A program made the position numbers and the translations under genes. Below the pieces are notes generated by a model. It saw only the letters and a list, made by a program, of their open reading frames with translations. It had not been told where the DNA came from and made no database searches. 64,000 nt of DNA. Source: Candidatus Marinacidobacterales bacterium. GTDB lineage: Bacteria; Acidobacteriota; Vicinamibacteria; Marinacidobacterales; DATDRI01. The stretch is taken from the NCBI GenBank assembly GCA_965219415.1, contig CBDCNP010000002.1, positions 3,072,001 to 3,136,000 of the forward strand, given 5' to 3'. The first letter of the stretch is position 1, and the number at the start of each line of letters is the position of its first letter. This document shows positions 9,785-20,904 of the stretch, in pieces.

Positions 9785-10078
9785 GCGTCTAAGCTGCTGA
9801 TTTGTGGTCTATTTCAAAAGGGCCGAGTTTTGGCACAGGACGGGAGCGGTGGGCGTGGGCGCTCTTTCTTCAGCGCCGTCACTTGCTGCCGCAAAGCGAC
9901 GTTCTCCAACACCAGGTCGGCGCGGCGCCGACACATCGCCCCAATGGCACGGACGCCAAGTGAGACGAGGAAGACAACAACGTCGAGCATAGCGGCGGAG
10001 TTTCGCCGTCTTCGGCCCGGAATTCAAGCGGAGCGTAAGTCCTTGATTTCGTGGGCGGAGCAGTTTTGACGATGCACA
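9785..10078. mobile_element. IS-B remnants: right end (to 9842) abutting the transposase 5' region and left end (9843-10078)
   Basis: Matches 15195-15250 (inverted) and 16439-16673. Confidence 0.85.
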
Positions 10079-10324
10079 GGTCTCATCGGTCTGCTGGCGG
10101 ACACGGCGGGCAACTTCGCGGTGGGTTCGGTCTCGCCGGGCTCCACGGTCAAGACGGTGGAGTTCAAGATGAACTTGCTGGCGGGAGTCCAGGGAGACCT
10201 GCTCGCCATCGGAGAGGTCGTCCGCAAGGGACGCTCCCTCGCCACCTGCCGGCTCGAGGTCGTTGGGGGCAACGACGATGTGGTGGCCATCGGGCTGGCC
10301 ACTTATGCCATCCAGGCTGTTTAG
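10079..10324 (+). pseudogene. PaaI-family thioesterase, 5' truncated
   Basis: GLLADTAG...TVEFKMNLL...GEVVRKGRSLATCRLEV...AIGLATY hot-dog fold motifs; begins at the IS-B end. Confidence 0.8.
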
Positions 10325-10354
10325 CCATCTGCACCTGCTTGTTGCAGCCCAGGC

Positions 10355-10456
10355 GGTGCTTCCGCCATTAAGTGTTGGTAAAATAACGCTAAGACTTTAC
10401 GGTGCATTAAATTACAGCCATGGTCTTTCAAAAGGGCCGAGTTTTGGCACAGGACG
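10355..10456. mobile_element. IS1 end joined to IS-B right end
   Basis: GGTGCTTCCGCCATTAAGTGTTG at 10355; GAGTTTTGGCACAGGACG ending at 10456. Confidence 0.8.
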
Positions 10457-10827
10457 GGAAAAGAGGCCACCCGAGAGGCCCAGAATCGAGGCCGGGGCTA
10501 CTGTGGTGTAGCGGGCCTAGCACGTTCTAGTCCAGGTCCGGCCCGGGCCTCCTTTATTTCCATCTTTGCCCATGACCTGGACCTAGGTCTTCGCCCAGGG
10601 AGCGTGGTATCTTGCTTTCTGGACGGTGTTTCCCTGCGCATGCATCGTCGGGTCGACCGGTACGGAGAACCCGATCGTGGCAGGTCTAAACCACGCAATC
10701 AACGCTAGATCGACTTTTTGCGGAGCACAGCTGATAACTCTGCGCACACCTAGCGCGTATCATTGCCGCTGCCCCTCTCGTGTCCAACTCCCCTGCTTCC
10801 CGAAAAAAATCTAGGAGAAATGACCCC

Positions 10828-12343
10828 GTGAGTGACTCACATGAGAATACGCGATTTTGGCTCGCGTTGCTGACTTACCCAGACGACGCCCAGCGACGAA
10901 CACGATACTGGAACGGTTATCTTGCGTGGAAGTTGCCGAGTGACTTCCGGTACAAAATCCGTAACGTTGGGAATCCTCCTTTCAATCGGTTCTTTCAGAA
11001 CGAACATTTGCAGTTAAAGCAAGACGAGAAGCGTAAACTCGATGCACTCGCCGATAAGTTCGGAGGACATCCTCCATTTCCAAGCAGACCCAACGGAAGT
11101 ACTGGCTCGATACATGGATTTCTCCGACCACACCTTCAACGACGACGTATGTTTTGCTGGCCGGATTTTGATCAAAGCTAGCTTTAAGAACGCCACATTC
11201 GACCGCCTCTCCGACTTCCGCAATGTAACATTTGTAGATACAGCAGACTTTGAGCGAGCAGCGTTTAGGCGTTGCACTCGTTTCGATAGCGTCACATTCG
11301 AAAATTCCGTCTATTTCAAAGCTGCGACATTCATGGAAACCACCGTGTTCGACGAATCCGAATTCAAGGATGCTGCCTCTTTTGACGGATCGAATTTCCT
11401 ACCCATCCCCGGCATACAAGGAAACTCGGCCGGTGCGGTGGATTTTCGGAATTCTGTTTTCAAGAGCGATGCAAGTTTTGAGGGAACTAAATTAGGCGTG
11501 CCAGGCAATTTAGAAGGCACAAAATTTCATAACAATGTCAACTTCAGGGATTGTCTATTCGTAAAGAGCGCAGATTTTCAGAGAGCAGTATTCGAACGTA
11601 CAGCCGATTTCTCTGCCGCACGGTTCGAGCACATTGCAAATTTCAATGACGCTAGGTTCGAAGCTACTACATATTTCTGCGATTCATTATTTCTGCAGCC
11701 ACCACAGTTTTTCGAGACTAACCTCCATGAGGATACAGATTTTAGCGGCGTAGACTGGCGCAAGGCGGAATCATGTTATGCAGTGTCATGGTGGTCGAAG
11801 AATATTTTTCGCCGCACTCAAGAACGAACTACATCGGACGTCGTCGATGCTAGCAAAGCGATGCAAGCCTGGGATCGATTGGCACTAATCATGAGCAAGG
11901 TCGAAAAACTGCCAGAAAGACATGATTTCTACAGACTTCGAATGCGCGCTCAGAGAAAACGAGATGGGTGGAGTGTTTTGTCTCTAGCCAATTGGTTGTT
12001 TGATGTTTCGTGCGACTATGGTTGGAACATGCGACGCGCATTGATTTGGTGGGCAGGGCACTACATCATTATTGGGCTATTGCTTTTCAGTCAGGCTAGC
12101 CCCGGGTACGAAACGTGCGGAGCTGTGTTGTGGGATTGTCTACTAATCAGTTTTTCGAACGCACACGCGTTTTTCGGCCTAACCTCCGACGGCGGATATT
12201 TGTACAATTCCCGGGAGTGCGTAGTCGCTGCGCTTCACAATAGTGCCCTTCTGAATGCATTGGGTGCAATTCAGGCTATCACCGGCCCCATTTTCCTTTT
12301 TCTGCTCTTGTTGACCGTACGTAATCGTTTTCGTCTGCGTTAA
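10828..12343 (+). CDS. Pentapeptide-repeat protein with C-terminal membrane domain (+1 frameshift near 11090)
   Basis: Repeats of the type ASFKNATFDRL-SDFRNVTFVDT-ADFERAAF; DYG followed by hydrophobic helices at the C-terminus; the upstream ORF joins by removing one C at 11089-11091. Confidence 0.8.
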
Positions 12344-12545
12344 CTAGCATGGGCTAGATCTCTTAACGATGCTTGCGCTATTTGCTGTTGGTGATGTGTA
12401 CGCATCCCTTTGCAGATACCGGTGGCGTCGTCGGGTCGACTGGCACAAAGCAGCCGACCATAGCAGTCTAAAATGCGCAATCAACTCCGGATAGACTTTT
12501 TGCGGAGCAGAACAGGACGGGATTGGATTTTTTTCGAGCTGGACG

Positions 12546-13698
12546 GGTGCTTCCGCCATCAAGTGTTGCTACGCGGCTGCGGGCAGTGGTACAGGTGCGG
12601 AAGAGACCGGGTTGCGCGTCCCAGTGAGCAGGAAAACCTCGATCCGCGACCACAAAGGAATCGTCATCGCCAAGAAGATGTCTCGAAAGGTGAGCCGTCG
12701 CGTCGTCAGACCGGCTTGCATAGCCGGAGTTCGGATCTCACGTCCGAACTTCAGAGCTCCGTGCGGTCGGACGAAGTTGTAATAGCAACGGAGCAACTCG
12801 TCTCGAAAGGTATGCCGAGCTTTGCCGGATGGTCAGATTCAACCGCTCGATGAACGACGTGTTCAATGTCGAAGAGTCCTCGGAGTTATTGAGCGCGTCT
12901 TCGAATCGCCACGCGGCTCCGTGCAGCGCTCTCCGTTCGACCTTGATGATGCGATCGTTCCTGCGCGTTTTTAGGACCTGGCCGTAGAGACACGCTGGAC
13001 CGAAGAAGCGACGGATGACCTTCTGGTAGAATTCGAATCCATCCGTGACGATCAAGGGAAGACGCTCGAAATTCATCCGTCTCGAAAGGTCGCGAAACAG
13101 AGCGTGAGTGTTCCGGTAGCTTCGCCTTCCCGTCACCGTCGATGGCCAGAGCCGAGACCAGACCTCGATCGTAACGAAGACCCAACTCGGTGTCTTCTTG
13201 TTGCCCGCGAACGTGCGAATCTCGTCGGCTTGAAGCTCTTCGGCAGCGAAGCCAGCGATCCTTCTGTGATTGAATCGACGACACACTTGGGCTGCCTTCT
13301 CGAGCCAGCGGGCGACGGTGTTCCAGGCAATCCCTTTGATCCGGGAAATCGCGGAAATGCTGACACCCTCGACTCTGAGAGCAATGACCCCATCGAAAGT
13401 AGCTCTTCGATGTTGGAGACGGTAGTAGGGCGTGCCTTTCGTCGAAGAGAACGTCTTTCCGCACTCGCCGCACCGGTATCGACGGCGTTTCCCGGACCTG
13501 GTTCGGTAGAATCCGTGGCGAACGATGTTTCCGGAACTGACTTTGCCCCGCAACGGACATGCGGGATTGAGACATTTGCTATTCTTCACTTCGGCTCGGC
13601 CCTGACGATGAGAGAACTGTGTCTTCGGAATTCTGGTTCAAACTCTAGCACGCAGACCGGTTAGGGGCTGGCCGCCAACACTTAATTGCGGAAGCACC
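12546..13698 (-). mobile_element. IS1 family element
   Basis: Inverted repeats GGTGCTTCCGCCATCAAGTGTTG and GGTGCTTCCGCAATTAAGTGTTG; no target-site duplication seen. Confidence 0.88.
12569..13589 (-). pseudogene. IS1-family transposase with frame-breaking lesion near 12800
   Basis: Zn finger CLNPAC...RYRCGECGKTF, HTH, QADE, VTDG and TSFIERLNLTIR; continues as LRCYYNFVRPH...TPAMQAGL in another frame. Confidence 0.85.
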
Positions 13699-13881
13699 GG
13701 TCTATTTCAAAAGGGGCCGAGTTTTGGCACAGGACGGGTTCAACCTAGTGGGTTACCGACCGCTGGCGCCCGAAACGATTTGGTTGAAACCGAATCTGCT
13801 CCGCTGACTTCGTGCTTCCATCGTTCGAGAGCGGATTGCAAACTGCTGACCCGCTGGGCGTTCGAGTATTTGGACCAGACG
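13699..13881 (-). mobile_element. Solo IS-B right end (13699-13736) and solo IS-A left end (13838-13881)
   Basis: Identity to the respective termini. Confidence 0.8.
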
Positions 13882-13899
13882 GGCTATCCGTCACGCAAC

Positions 13900-14907
13900 C
13901 TACATTCCGAATGTGCGGTTGGCTGCGAACAGGTAGGAATACGCGCTGACTCTTTCGGGGACGCCAGGAACGATCCCGGAAATGACGCCGGCAGCCGTGA
14001 GTGCCAAGCCAATCGGGTCACCAGTAGCCGCTGACCAAACGCTGCCTGCAATCCCCAGAGACCACGAGCGCAGATCCTTCCCGAGCGCCAGTCTGGTAGA
14101 TCGTTGGATGTCGTGGGCTGCATCAGCAACTTCCTGTCGGCGTTTCAGCAACGCACTTTCTCGCTCATCGGGGTTATCGATGTCGGCTAGTTCGGCGATG
14201 AAACCCCGAAGATCGCGCATGTATGCGCGATAGGCATCTTGGTGTTCCGTACGGAACTGAAGAACATCATCAAGAGGAATGGATGCCAAGTCGAACGTCA
14301 CGGGTTCAAGGTCTAGTTTAATCACCTTGTCCCGTGATGGCATCGACTCCCGTGACAATGTTCTCACCAAATCCATGACGGCTTCGGAGTTGTTGGTCAC
14401 CGGATGAATCGCCAATTCGTGTTTTTTTCCGGCGATACGGGCGAGTTGTGCGAGAACGGCAAGAATAGTGGTGCGTACATCAGGATGGAGCGGGATCGAA
14501 ACTCCGTCCTCGCTCGGGCGCGCAAGTCCTTTCGCTTGAAGCTCCTCGACCAAAGAACCTGCCAATTTTACGTCGGCGCCATAGCCGATTCGGGACTGCG
14601 ACAGCTCCGCGAAGTAGTCAGTCTTCCGAAGGTCATCGAATGTGCCATTGGTGAGCAGTTCAGCAACGACCTCCGCCAACTTGCCAGTGATTTCTCTGTC
14701 GATCCAGTCGTTGGGTTCGAGCACTCGCAAGAGACCTCGGTCCTCAAGAGGCTCAGCAAGCGTTGGATCTGCGTCGACGTGGCGACCGTACATGTAATTC
14801 GGTAATAGAATAGCAACGTCGTCGAAGAACAGCAGAAGCGACTTGATCCAACTACTGTCCTCCGAACTCCAATACGGTGCCGGGTAGTAGTACCCAGTAT
14901 CAGTCAT
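13900..14907 (-). CDS. Conserved hypothetical protein (DUF6236-like architecture)
   Basis: 335 aa, RBS AAGGAG; YYP...WIKSLLLFFDDVAILLP N-terminus, LDDVLQFR, C-terminal hydrophobic Gly/Ala hairpin and YSYL end. Confidence 0.7.
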   Translation of the reverse strand: MTDTGYYYPAPYWSSEDSSWIKSLLLFFDDVAILLPNYMYGRHVDADPTLAEPLEDRGLLRVLEPNDWIDREITGKLAEVVAELLTNGTFDDLRKTDYFAELSQSRIGYGADVKLAGSLVEELQAKGLARPSEDGVSIPLHPDVRTTILAVLAQLARIAGKKHELAIHPVTNNSEAVMDLVRTLSRESMPSRDKVIKLDLEPVTFDLASIPLDDVLQFRTEHQDAYRAYMRDLRGFIAELADIDNPDERESALLKRRQEVADAAHDIQRSTRLALGKDLRSWSLGIAGSVWSAATGDPIGLALTAAGVISGIVPGVPERVSAYSYLFAANRTFGM

Positions 14908-14963
14908 TCCAGCAACTCCTTCTCGAAGCGATCCGGCGGTTGGAATGATACGCCATTGGTGGA

Positions 14964-15148
14964 CGTCTGGTCAAAATATTCGAACGCCCAGCGGGTCAGC
15001 AGTTTGCACCTTTCCAAAGGCTGTTTGAATCCGTCATCGCGGTCGGATACGTATTCCAGTTCAGCGGAAGGAGTCGCGATCGACTGGAAGACCATGCTGA
15101 GTTACGTCTCAGGATCCGTGGATGAGGAGTTGCTCCTGCGCAACGAGT
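14964..15148 (+). mobile_element. IS-A left end with degenerate transposase start
   Basis: Terminal repeat then DWKTMLSYVSGSVDEELLLRNE; truncated by an element-C-like end at 15149. Confidence 0.85.
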
Positions 15149-15234
15149 TGTAATCCGCAAAAAAGAAGACCGGACCCGTTACCGTGCGAGTGGCCGTCCT
15201 GTGCCAAAACTCGGCCCTTTTGAAATAGCTCATA

Positions 15235-15247
15235 AATCAGCAACTTA
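15235..15247 (+). promoter_or_regulatory. IHF-consensus site in IS-B right end
   Basis: AATCAGCAACTTA fits WATCARNNNNTTR; conserved in the solo right ends long enough to include it. Confidence 0.5.
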
Positions 15248-15534
15248 GAGTCTGTGTTTGTGGCCGTGCCCAGGGCCGGGCACGAACGAACGACGAAATC
15301 ATGCAGGCATGGTGCCGGCAGACCGGAGATCAATCAAGTTCGGTGCGCGCGGATGAATAAATAGAAGGCACAACGTCCCAGCCATGGTGTCCATCATCAT
15401 TATTTATCCGGGACTGGACTCTAGGCTCGGACCGCCCTCGAGCACATGCTGGAGAGCGTGGTCAGCGCGCGAGGGAAGGTGCTGAGGACGAACTTCTCGG
15501 CGACCAGCCGAGTAACGCGAGCGACCAAGCTGAC

Positions 15535-16585
15535 TCAGGCTGCCTCTCGCCACTCGTATCGATGGTGCAGTCCACCGACTCGCGGCAGTGCGACTACTTT
15601 CGCCGTAGGAGACGGTCGGTGCGTGACCGCCCTCAAGCTCGGTGTGTCCTTGTTCAGCCCCAAGTGGCAACGGTCCTCGTGATAGTAGCTGATGTAAGCT
15701 CGCACGAGCCGGATGAGATGACATGCACCGAGAACCACGACGTGCTCAAGGAGCTCGCGACGGCAGCTGCCGACCCACCGCTCCGCGGTTCCGTTTTGCC
15801 ATGGGCTGCGAAACGAAGTGCGAACGGGTTTTGTGCCCGTTGCCTTGATGAACTCGATGACCGCAGCGCTAAAGATGAAGTCGCGATCGAAGATGAGATA
15901 TTTCGGAGCGGTGTCGTAGGGAAACGCCTCACGCAGTTGCTGAATAACCCAAGCAGACGTCGGGTGGAACGTGGCGTTGAAGTGAACGATGTGCCGACGG
16001 CCGTGCTCGATGACGAAGAAGCCGTACAGCAGCCGGAGCGAAGCGGTGGGCACGGTGAACAGATCCATGGCGGCGATATCGTCTTTATGGTTGCGCAAGA
16101 AAGCCATCCATCGCTTCAGCTGATCGGGCTCCGCGGGATGCCGCGGCAGGTATCGCGACACCGTAATCTCGGAGATGATGAAACCGAGCTTGGTGAGTTC
16201 AGCATGGATGCGTGGCGCCCCCCAGCCGTCTTGCGCCATCGTGCGGACGAGGCGGCGAATCTCGGCATCAATCCGAGGCCGACCGGGATGGTAGCGCTGC
16301 GACATCTTTGCCCAGTACCGTCGGAATCGGTCGCGATGCCAACGGGGCCACGGTGTCCGCGTGGACGATGAGCAGGCGGCTCGCCCACACGGGCCACGAA
16401 CCTCGAAGGGCAACCCAGAAAGCCCGTTCCGTGTCTTCGAGCGGTGGGCGTGGGCGCTCTTTCTTCAGCGCCGTCACTTGCTGCCGCAAAGCGACGTTCT
16501 CCAACACCAGGTCGGCGCGGCGCCGACACATCGCCCGAATGACACGGACGCCAAGTGAGACGAGGAAGACAACAACGTCGAGCAT
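15535..16585 (-). CDS. IS-B transposase (apparent +1 frameshift at 16344-16347)
   Basis: LVLENVALRQQ...WGAPRIHAEL...AMDLFTV...LIFDRD...SPWQNGTAERWV...GGLHHRY; extra G relative to the copy at 27396. Confidence 0.88.
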
Positions 16586-16630
16586 AGCGGTGGAGTTTCG
16601 CCGTCTTCGGCCCGGAATTCAAGCGGAGCG

Positions 16631-16643
16631 TAAGTCCTTGATT
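16631..16643 (-). promoter_or_regulatory. IHF-consensus site in IS-B left end
   Basis: AATCAAGGACTTA is a perfect WATCAANNNNTTR match; also at 10036-10048 and 27682-27694. Confidence 0.55.
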
Positions 16644-16673
16644 TCGTGGGCGGAGCAGTTTTGACGATGCACA

Positions 16674-17637
16674 AGTGAGTTTGCAGAAGCAGCACGAGGA
16701 GATGTTGGAAACGGTCGTCTCACTCCAAGGAGAGATTGAGGAGCTGGAAAAAAGTCGGAGAAAGGCCTGGGATGCGGTGCAGCATCTCAAGGAGGCCGCC
16801 CGCGTAGAGGAAATCGACGACCTAGAGTCGGCAATTGAGCAATCGGACCACCTGCGGGTTCTGAGACGGGACCGAGCTCGTGTCTTGGAAACGCTGGATC
16901 AGCAAGGTGATGGGCTGGCGACGGACGTTCTTGAGAAAGAATGCAGAGATGTCGATATTGATCAGGTGCGTGCCCGGGAGGAAGAGGCCGAAGGCGAACT
17001 GAAACGTCTGCAAGAGCAGCTAGATGAGACCGTGGTGTCGAGAACCAAAGCGCGCCAAGCGTTTCAGGCGATCGGAGGGGATGATAAGGCGGCAAAGGCG
17101 GCCGCCGATCGACAGGAAGCTCTCGCCGCCATGCGGGTGTCGGCCCAACGCTATATGCGCATACGCTCGTCGGGAGTGCTGTTGCGCTGGGCGATCGATC
17201 GGTATCGGAGAGAGAAGCAGGGACCGCTTCTGAAGCGGGCCAGTGAGCTGTTCCGGGTACTGACTCTTGATTCCTTCGAACGGCTGGATGTGGCGTTTAA
17301 TGAACAGGACAGTATGCATCTGACCGGAGTTCGTCCGGACGGCAAGAGGGTAGCGATGTCAGGTTTGAGCACGGGATCGGAGGATCAGCTATTTCTGGCG
17401 TTGAGGATCGCGGCCGTAGAAAACTATCTCGGTAAAGCTTTGGCGCTGCCGTTTGTAGCAGACGATTTGTTCATCAACTTTGACCCAGAGCGGTCGGCCG
17501 CCGGGTTTGAAGTGCTGGGACAATTGGCCGAGCGCACGCAGGTGTTGTTTTACACCCATCATTCGCATTTGGTTGATCTTGCGCGGCAAACGCTGGGGAC
17601 CGACACAAGCGTGGTTTCATTGGCGGAGGTAGCTTAG
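16674..17637 (+). pseudogene. YhaN-family (SbcC/Rad50-like) ATPase, C-terminal part only
   Basis: Coiled coil, LSTGSEDQLFLALRIA signature, PFVADDLFINFD Walker B and FYTHH; no Walker A, truncated by IS-B. Confidence 0.85.
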
Positions 17638-17668
17638 CTCACGGCAACCAGTCTTATCGAAGCAACCC

Positions 17669-17845
17669 CGTCCTGTGCCAAAACTCAGCCCTTTTGAAAT
17701 AGCCCATAAATCAGCAACTTAGAGTCTGGTTTGCGGCCGTGCCCAGGGCCGAGCACGAACAAACGACGAAATCATGCAGGCATAGTCCCGGCAGATCGGA
17801 GACCGATCAGGTTCGGGGCGCGCGGATGAATAAATAGAAGGCACA
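17669..17845 (+). mobile_element. Solo IS-B right end
   Basis: Matches 15195-15372. Confidence 0.85.
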
Positions 17846-17901
17846 GGACTTACCGCGAGTTGAGCGTTCCGTGGATTGTGACGAACGTCTTGAGCGAGTG
17901 G

Positions 17902-18010
17902 TGACCTGTCCCCCGAAAACTGGTTCAAATCTGAGTTAGAATCGGAACCGAGATAATGACCGTGAAGAGGAGCGGTCATGAAACGAACCCGTTTCACGGA
18001 GGAGCAGATC
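17902..18010 (+). mobile_element. IS3-family left-end remnant
   Basis: TGACCTGTCCCCCGAAAA terminus, GAGGAG RBS and OrfA start MKRTRFTEEQI at 17978. Confidence 0.75.
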
Positions 18011-18017
18011 TCGCACC

Positions 18018-18506
18018 GTGAGCTTGATAGCGGCTGTACTCGTTGCTTTTGGTTTAGGTTTTGACGCCCCGGCGGAGTGGGTGTCGAAGCCGTCGTCTTC
18101 TTCGATGCGCGTCGCCGTTTGGGAGCTCACCGGCGACGAAGCTCCTGCCGAAGTCGTGATCTTTTATTTCGGTGAGAGGTCTGGAGGCGGTGTCGAAGCC
18201 AACCTCGCGCGTTGGTTCGGCCAGTTCGAGCAACCGGACGGCTCGAGCACGCGCGACAGAGCGACCATCACCGAGCGCACCGTGAACGGACTCAAGCTCA
18301 CTGTCGCAGACATGCGCGGGACGTTCGTTGCTTCGGTAAGGCCGGGAGCGCCGCAGCGCAACAACCGTCCTGGATACCGGATGATCGCTGCCATTGCTGA
18401 AGGAGGCGCGGGCCCGTGGTACATCCGCGTGCTCGGCCCCGAAGCGACGGTGACGAAATGGGAAGCGAGCGTCGAGGATTTTCTCTCGTCGCTCCGCCTC
18501 GAATAG
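18018..18506 (+). CDS. Conserved exported hypothetical protein (5' end possibly clipped)
   Basis: P-x-x-W...SSMR, FYFG...GGGVEANLARWFGQF and M-I-A-A-I...GPW...LGP motifs. Confidence 0.7.
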   Translation: MSLIAAVLVAFGLGFDAPAEWVSKPSSSSMRVAVWELTGDEAPAEVVIFYFGERSGGGVEANLARWFGQFEQPDGSSTRDRATITERTVNGLKLTVADMRGTFVASVRPGAPQRNNRPGYRMIAAIAEGGAGPWYIRVLGPEATVTKWEASVEDFLSSLRLE

Positions 18507-18712
18507 ACGTTAAGGCGACTGGAATTTGAACCGAACGACAACTGATGCGTTCAACGACAACGCAGCCAGGCTGAGTGTGCCACGAACATATGACCGCTAA
18601 CAGTGAGAACTTGAAGCGCCCCATTCGCGGCAGCCACGCCTATCTTAACGCCAGCCCTTGAGTCGGCATAGACTACATCAGGCAGGTCATTAGACCTGCC
18701 CTTCGTGATGCC

Positions 18713-18860
18713 ATGAAGGAAGTCAAAGGCACTCTCTTGTCGCAGCACAATGTCGATCCCAAGGATACTAACGATGTCGTTCACTACACGAGTCTTCAGG
18801 CGCTGTTCGCCATGTTGCTCGGCAGAGCTGAGCCGAGCGGTCTTTCTGACAGATGCGGAA
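18713..18860 (+). pseudogene. Short remnant resembling a DUF2971 N-terminus
   Basis: VVHYTSLQALFAML motif only. Confidence 0.3.
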
Positions 18861-19084
18861 GTTTAAATCTCTGGGACAAGCGCAACGATTCTTGACCGTG
18901 CATGGACTCGTTCAAAACCGCTTTCGCGTCGGACGGCATTTGTTGCAAGCCCGTCATCATCGGGAGCTAAGAGGCCGCGCTTTCATTGCTTGGCGCGAGG
19001 TAACGTGTGCCTGACGAAATCGCGAAGCGCAACAGTCAACAGGGACCAGTCTGGCTACAATGACACCAACTTGACAGTACCGTT

Positions 19085-20782
19085 ATGAACGTTGATTTGA
19101 TACTGGATATGGGTTTTCACGTAGTCGGCGGCCTGGGCATTTTCTTGCTCGGCATGAAGTTCATGCAGCAGGGCCTTCAAGTCATCGCCGGCTCCCGAAT
19201 CAGACGCTTGATCAGACTGGTCACGTCCAACCGATTCCTGGCGGTGGGCATCGGGCTTTTCATCACGACCCTCGTTCAATCGAGCTCCGTCACCTCGGTC
19301 ATGGTGATCGGTCTCGTCAATAGTGAATTGATGGTGCTCACCGAAGCCATCGGCGTCATCATCGGCGCCAATATCGGCACGACCATCACCGGATGGATAT
19401 TGGCGCTTAAGATCGGGCAATACGGCCTTCCGCTGCTCGGACTGGCTGCCTTCGGGTGGCTTTTCCTCAAGGCCGAAAAGCCGCGTTACTCGGCGCTTTC
19501 GATACTCGGGATCGGGATGGTCTTTTTTGGTCTCGAGCTCATGAAGGACGGTTTCGCGCCCGTTCGAGACCTTCCCGATTTCGCCGCCTTGTTCCATCTG
19601 TTCGAGGCGGTCGACTACTTCGGTGTCCTGAAATCTGCCCTCGTGGGCTGCGTCGTGACGCTCATCGTTCAGTCTTCGTCCGCCACTTTGGGGATAACGA
19701 TAGCCCTCGCCAATACGGGCGTGATCGATTTTCAAACTGCCGGGGCCTTGGTGCTGGGCGAAAATATCGGCACGACGATTACGGCCTATTTGGCGTCGCT
19801 CGGGGCGGACGACATCAACGCGAAACGTACCGCCTATTTCCACGTTCTCTTCAACGTTTCAGGCGTAGCCGTGAGCACGGCCCTGTTTCTTCCTGTATAC
19901 CTGCCTTTCATCCAGAACGTTATCCTGGGCGGTGTGGATCCGAATATCCAGGACGTGGAGGGAAGCTTTCCTTACATGACGGCGGGGATCGCCACGGTAC
20001 ACACCACGTTCAATGTGCTCGCCACGCTCCTGTTCCTTCCTTTCGTGACGCCCATCGCGAGCGTGCTAAAGAGACTCGTCAAAGACAAGCCCAAACCTCC
20101 AAGAGCGAATTTGACCCATCTGAATTCCAATCTGGTCAGCTCGCCGTTGACCGCGATCGAGCAATCGCGCCATGAGATTCAGCGGACGGATCAACATGTG
20201 AGGGACATGCTGAACGATTTGCGTCAAGTGATTTCTGACGATAGCAGCGACCGAAGCCTGGCCGACAAGATATTCGAGGAAGAGAATACGATTGACGTCG
20301 TTCAGATCGAGGTCACGACCTTCTTGACCGACCTGCTTTCTGAAGAGCTGAGCCATGACATTGCCGAGGGGGCGCGGGCTCAATTGAGGTTGGCGGACGA
20401 GTTTGAATCGGTGAGCGACTACGTTTCGAACGTCCTCAAACTCTATCTGCGATTGCGAGAAGCCGACGTGCGGTTCACGGGCCCACAGCAAGACGAGCTA
20501 CTGGGGTTACATGACCTGATTGCCGGCTATTACGACGGCGTCCATGTGGGTCTCGAGAATCCATCCGCTGACTACTTGTTCGAGATTCGTCGAAGAAGCC
20601 GCGACATCACCAATGAAATAAGAGAGCTCAGAGATCGTCACTGGAATCGATTGTCCGAGGAAACGGTGGATCCATTGATCAGCACCTCCTATATGGATAT
20701 CGCGAATTCTTATCGCAGAATAAAGGATCACCTCCTGAACATCGGTGAAGCCGCCGTCGGCGGCAAAACCGTCAGGCGATGA
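19085..20782 (+). CDS. Na+/phosphate cotransporter family protein with PhoU-like tail
   Basis: Two QSSS...G(A/E)NIGTTIT repeats and a helical C-terminal domain. Confidence 0.93.
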   Translation: MNVDLILDMGFHVVGGLGIFLLGMKFMQQGLQVIAGSRIRRLIRLVTSNRFLAVGIGLFITTLVQSSSVTSVMVIGLVNSELMVLTEAIGVIIGANIGTTITGWILALKIGQYGLPLLGLAAFGWLFLKAEKPRYSALSILGIGMVFFGLELMKDGFAPVRDLPDFAALFHLFEAVDYFGVLKSALVGCVVTLIVQSSSATLGITIALANTGVIDFQTAGALVLGENIGTTITAYLASLGADDINAKRTAYFHVLFNVSGVAVSTALFLPVYLPFIQNVILGGVDPNIQDVEGSFPYMTAGIATVHTTFNVLATLLFLPFVTPIASVLKRLVKDKPKPPRANLTHLNSNLVSSPLTAIEQSRHEIQRTDQHVRDMLNDLRQVISDDSSDRSLADKIFEEENTIDVVQIEVTTFLTDLLSEELSHDIAEGARAQLRLADEFESVSDYVSNVLKLYLRLREADVRFTGPQQDELLGLHDLIAGYYDGVHVGLENPSADYLFEIRRRSRDITNEIRELRDRHWNRLSEETVDPLISTSYMDIANSYRRIKDHLLNIGEAAVGGKTVRR

Positions 20783-20904
20783 AGGTCTAGTGGCTGTCCC
20801 TTCCATTTAATCGATCCGAATGGATTTAGAGCCCGACCTCGGTAGGGTCTAGGGCTGGCGCGGTGCAAGGATGCGAATCGATGGCTGAAAGCGGCACACC
20901 ATCC

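Larger units (their letters stand above)
15195..16673 (-). mobile_element. IS-B, full-length integrase-core (IS481/IS3-like) element
   Basis: Ends TGTGCATCGTCAAAACT (16673, minus strand) and CGTCCTGTGCCAAAACT (15195), defined by comparing the repeated copies in the window. Confidence 0.8.

Noticed and set aside
19055-19843. Long antisense or overlapping ORFs here and elsewhere (e.g. 15562-16371, 62477-63373)
   Set aside because: Shadows of real genes in GC-rich DNA, with no motifs
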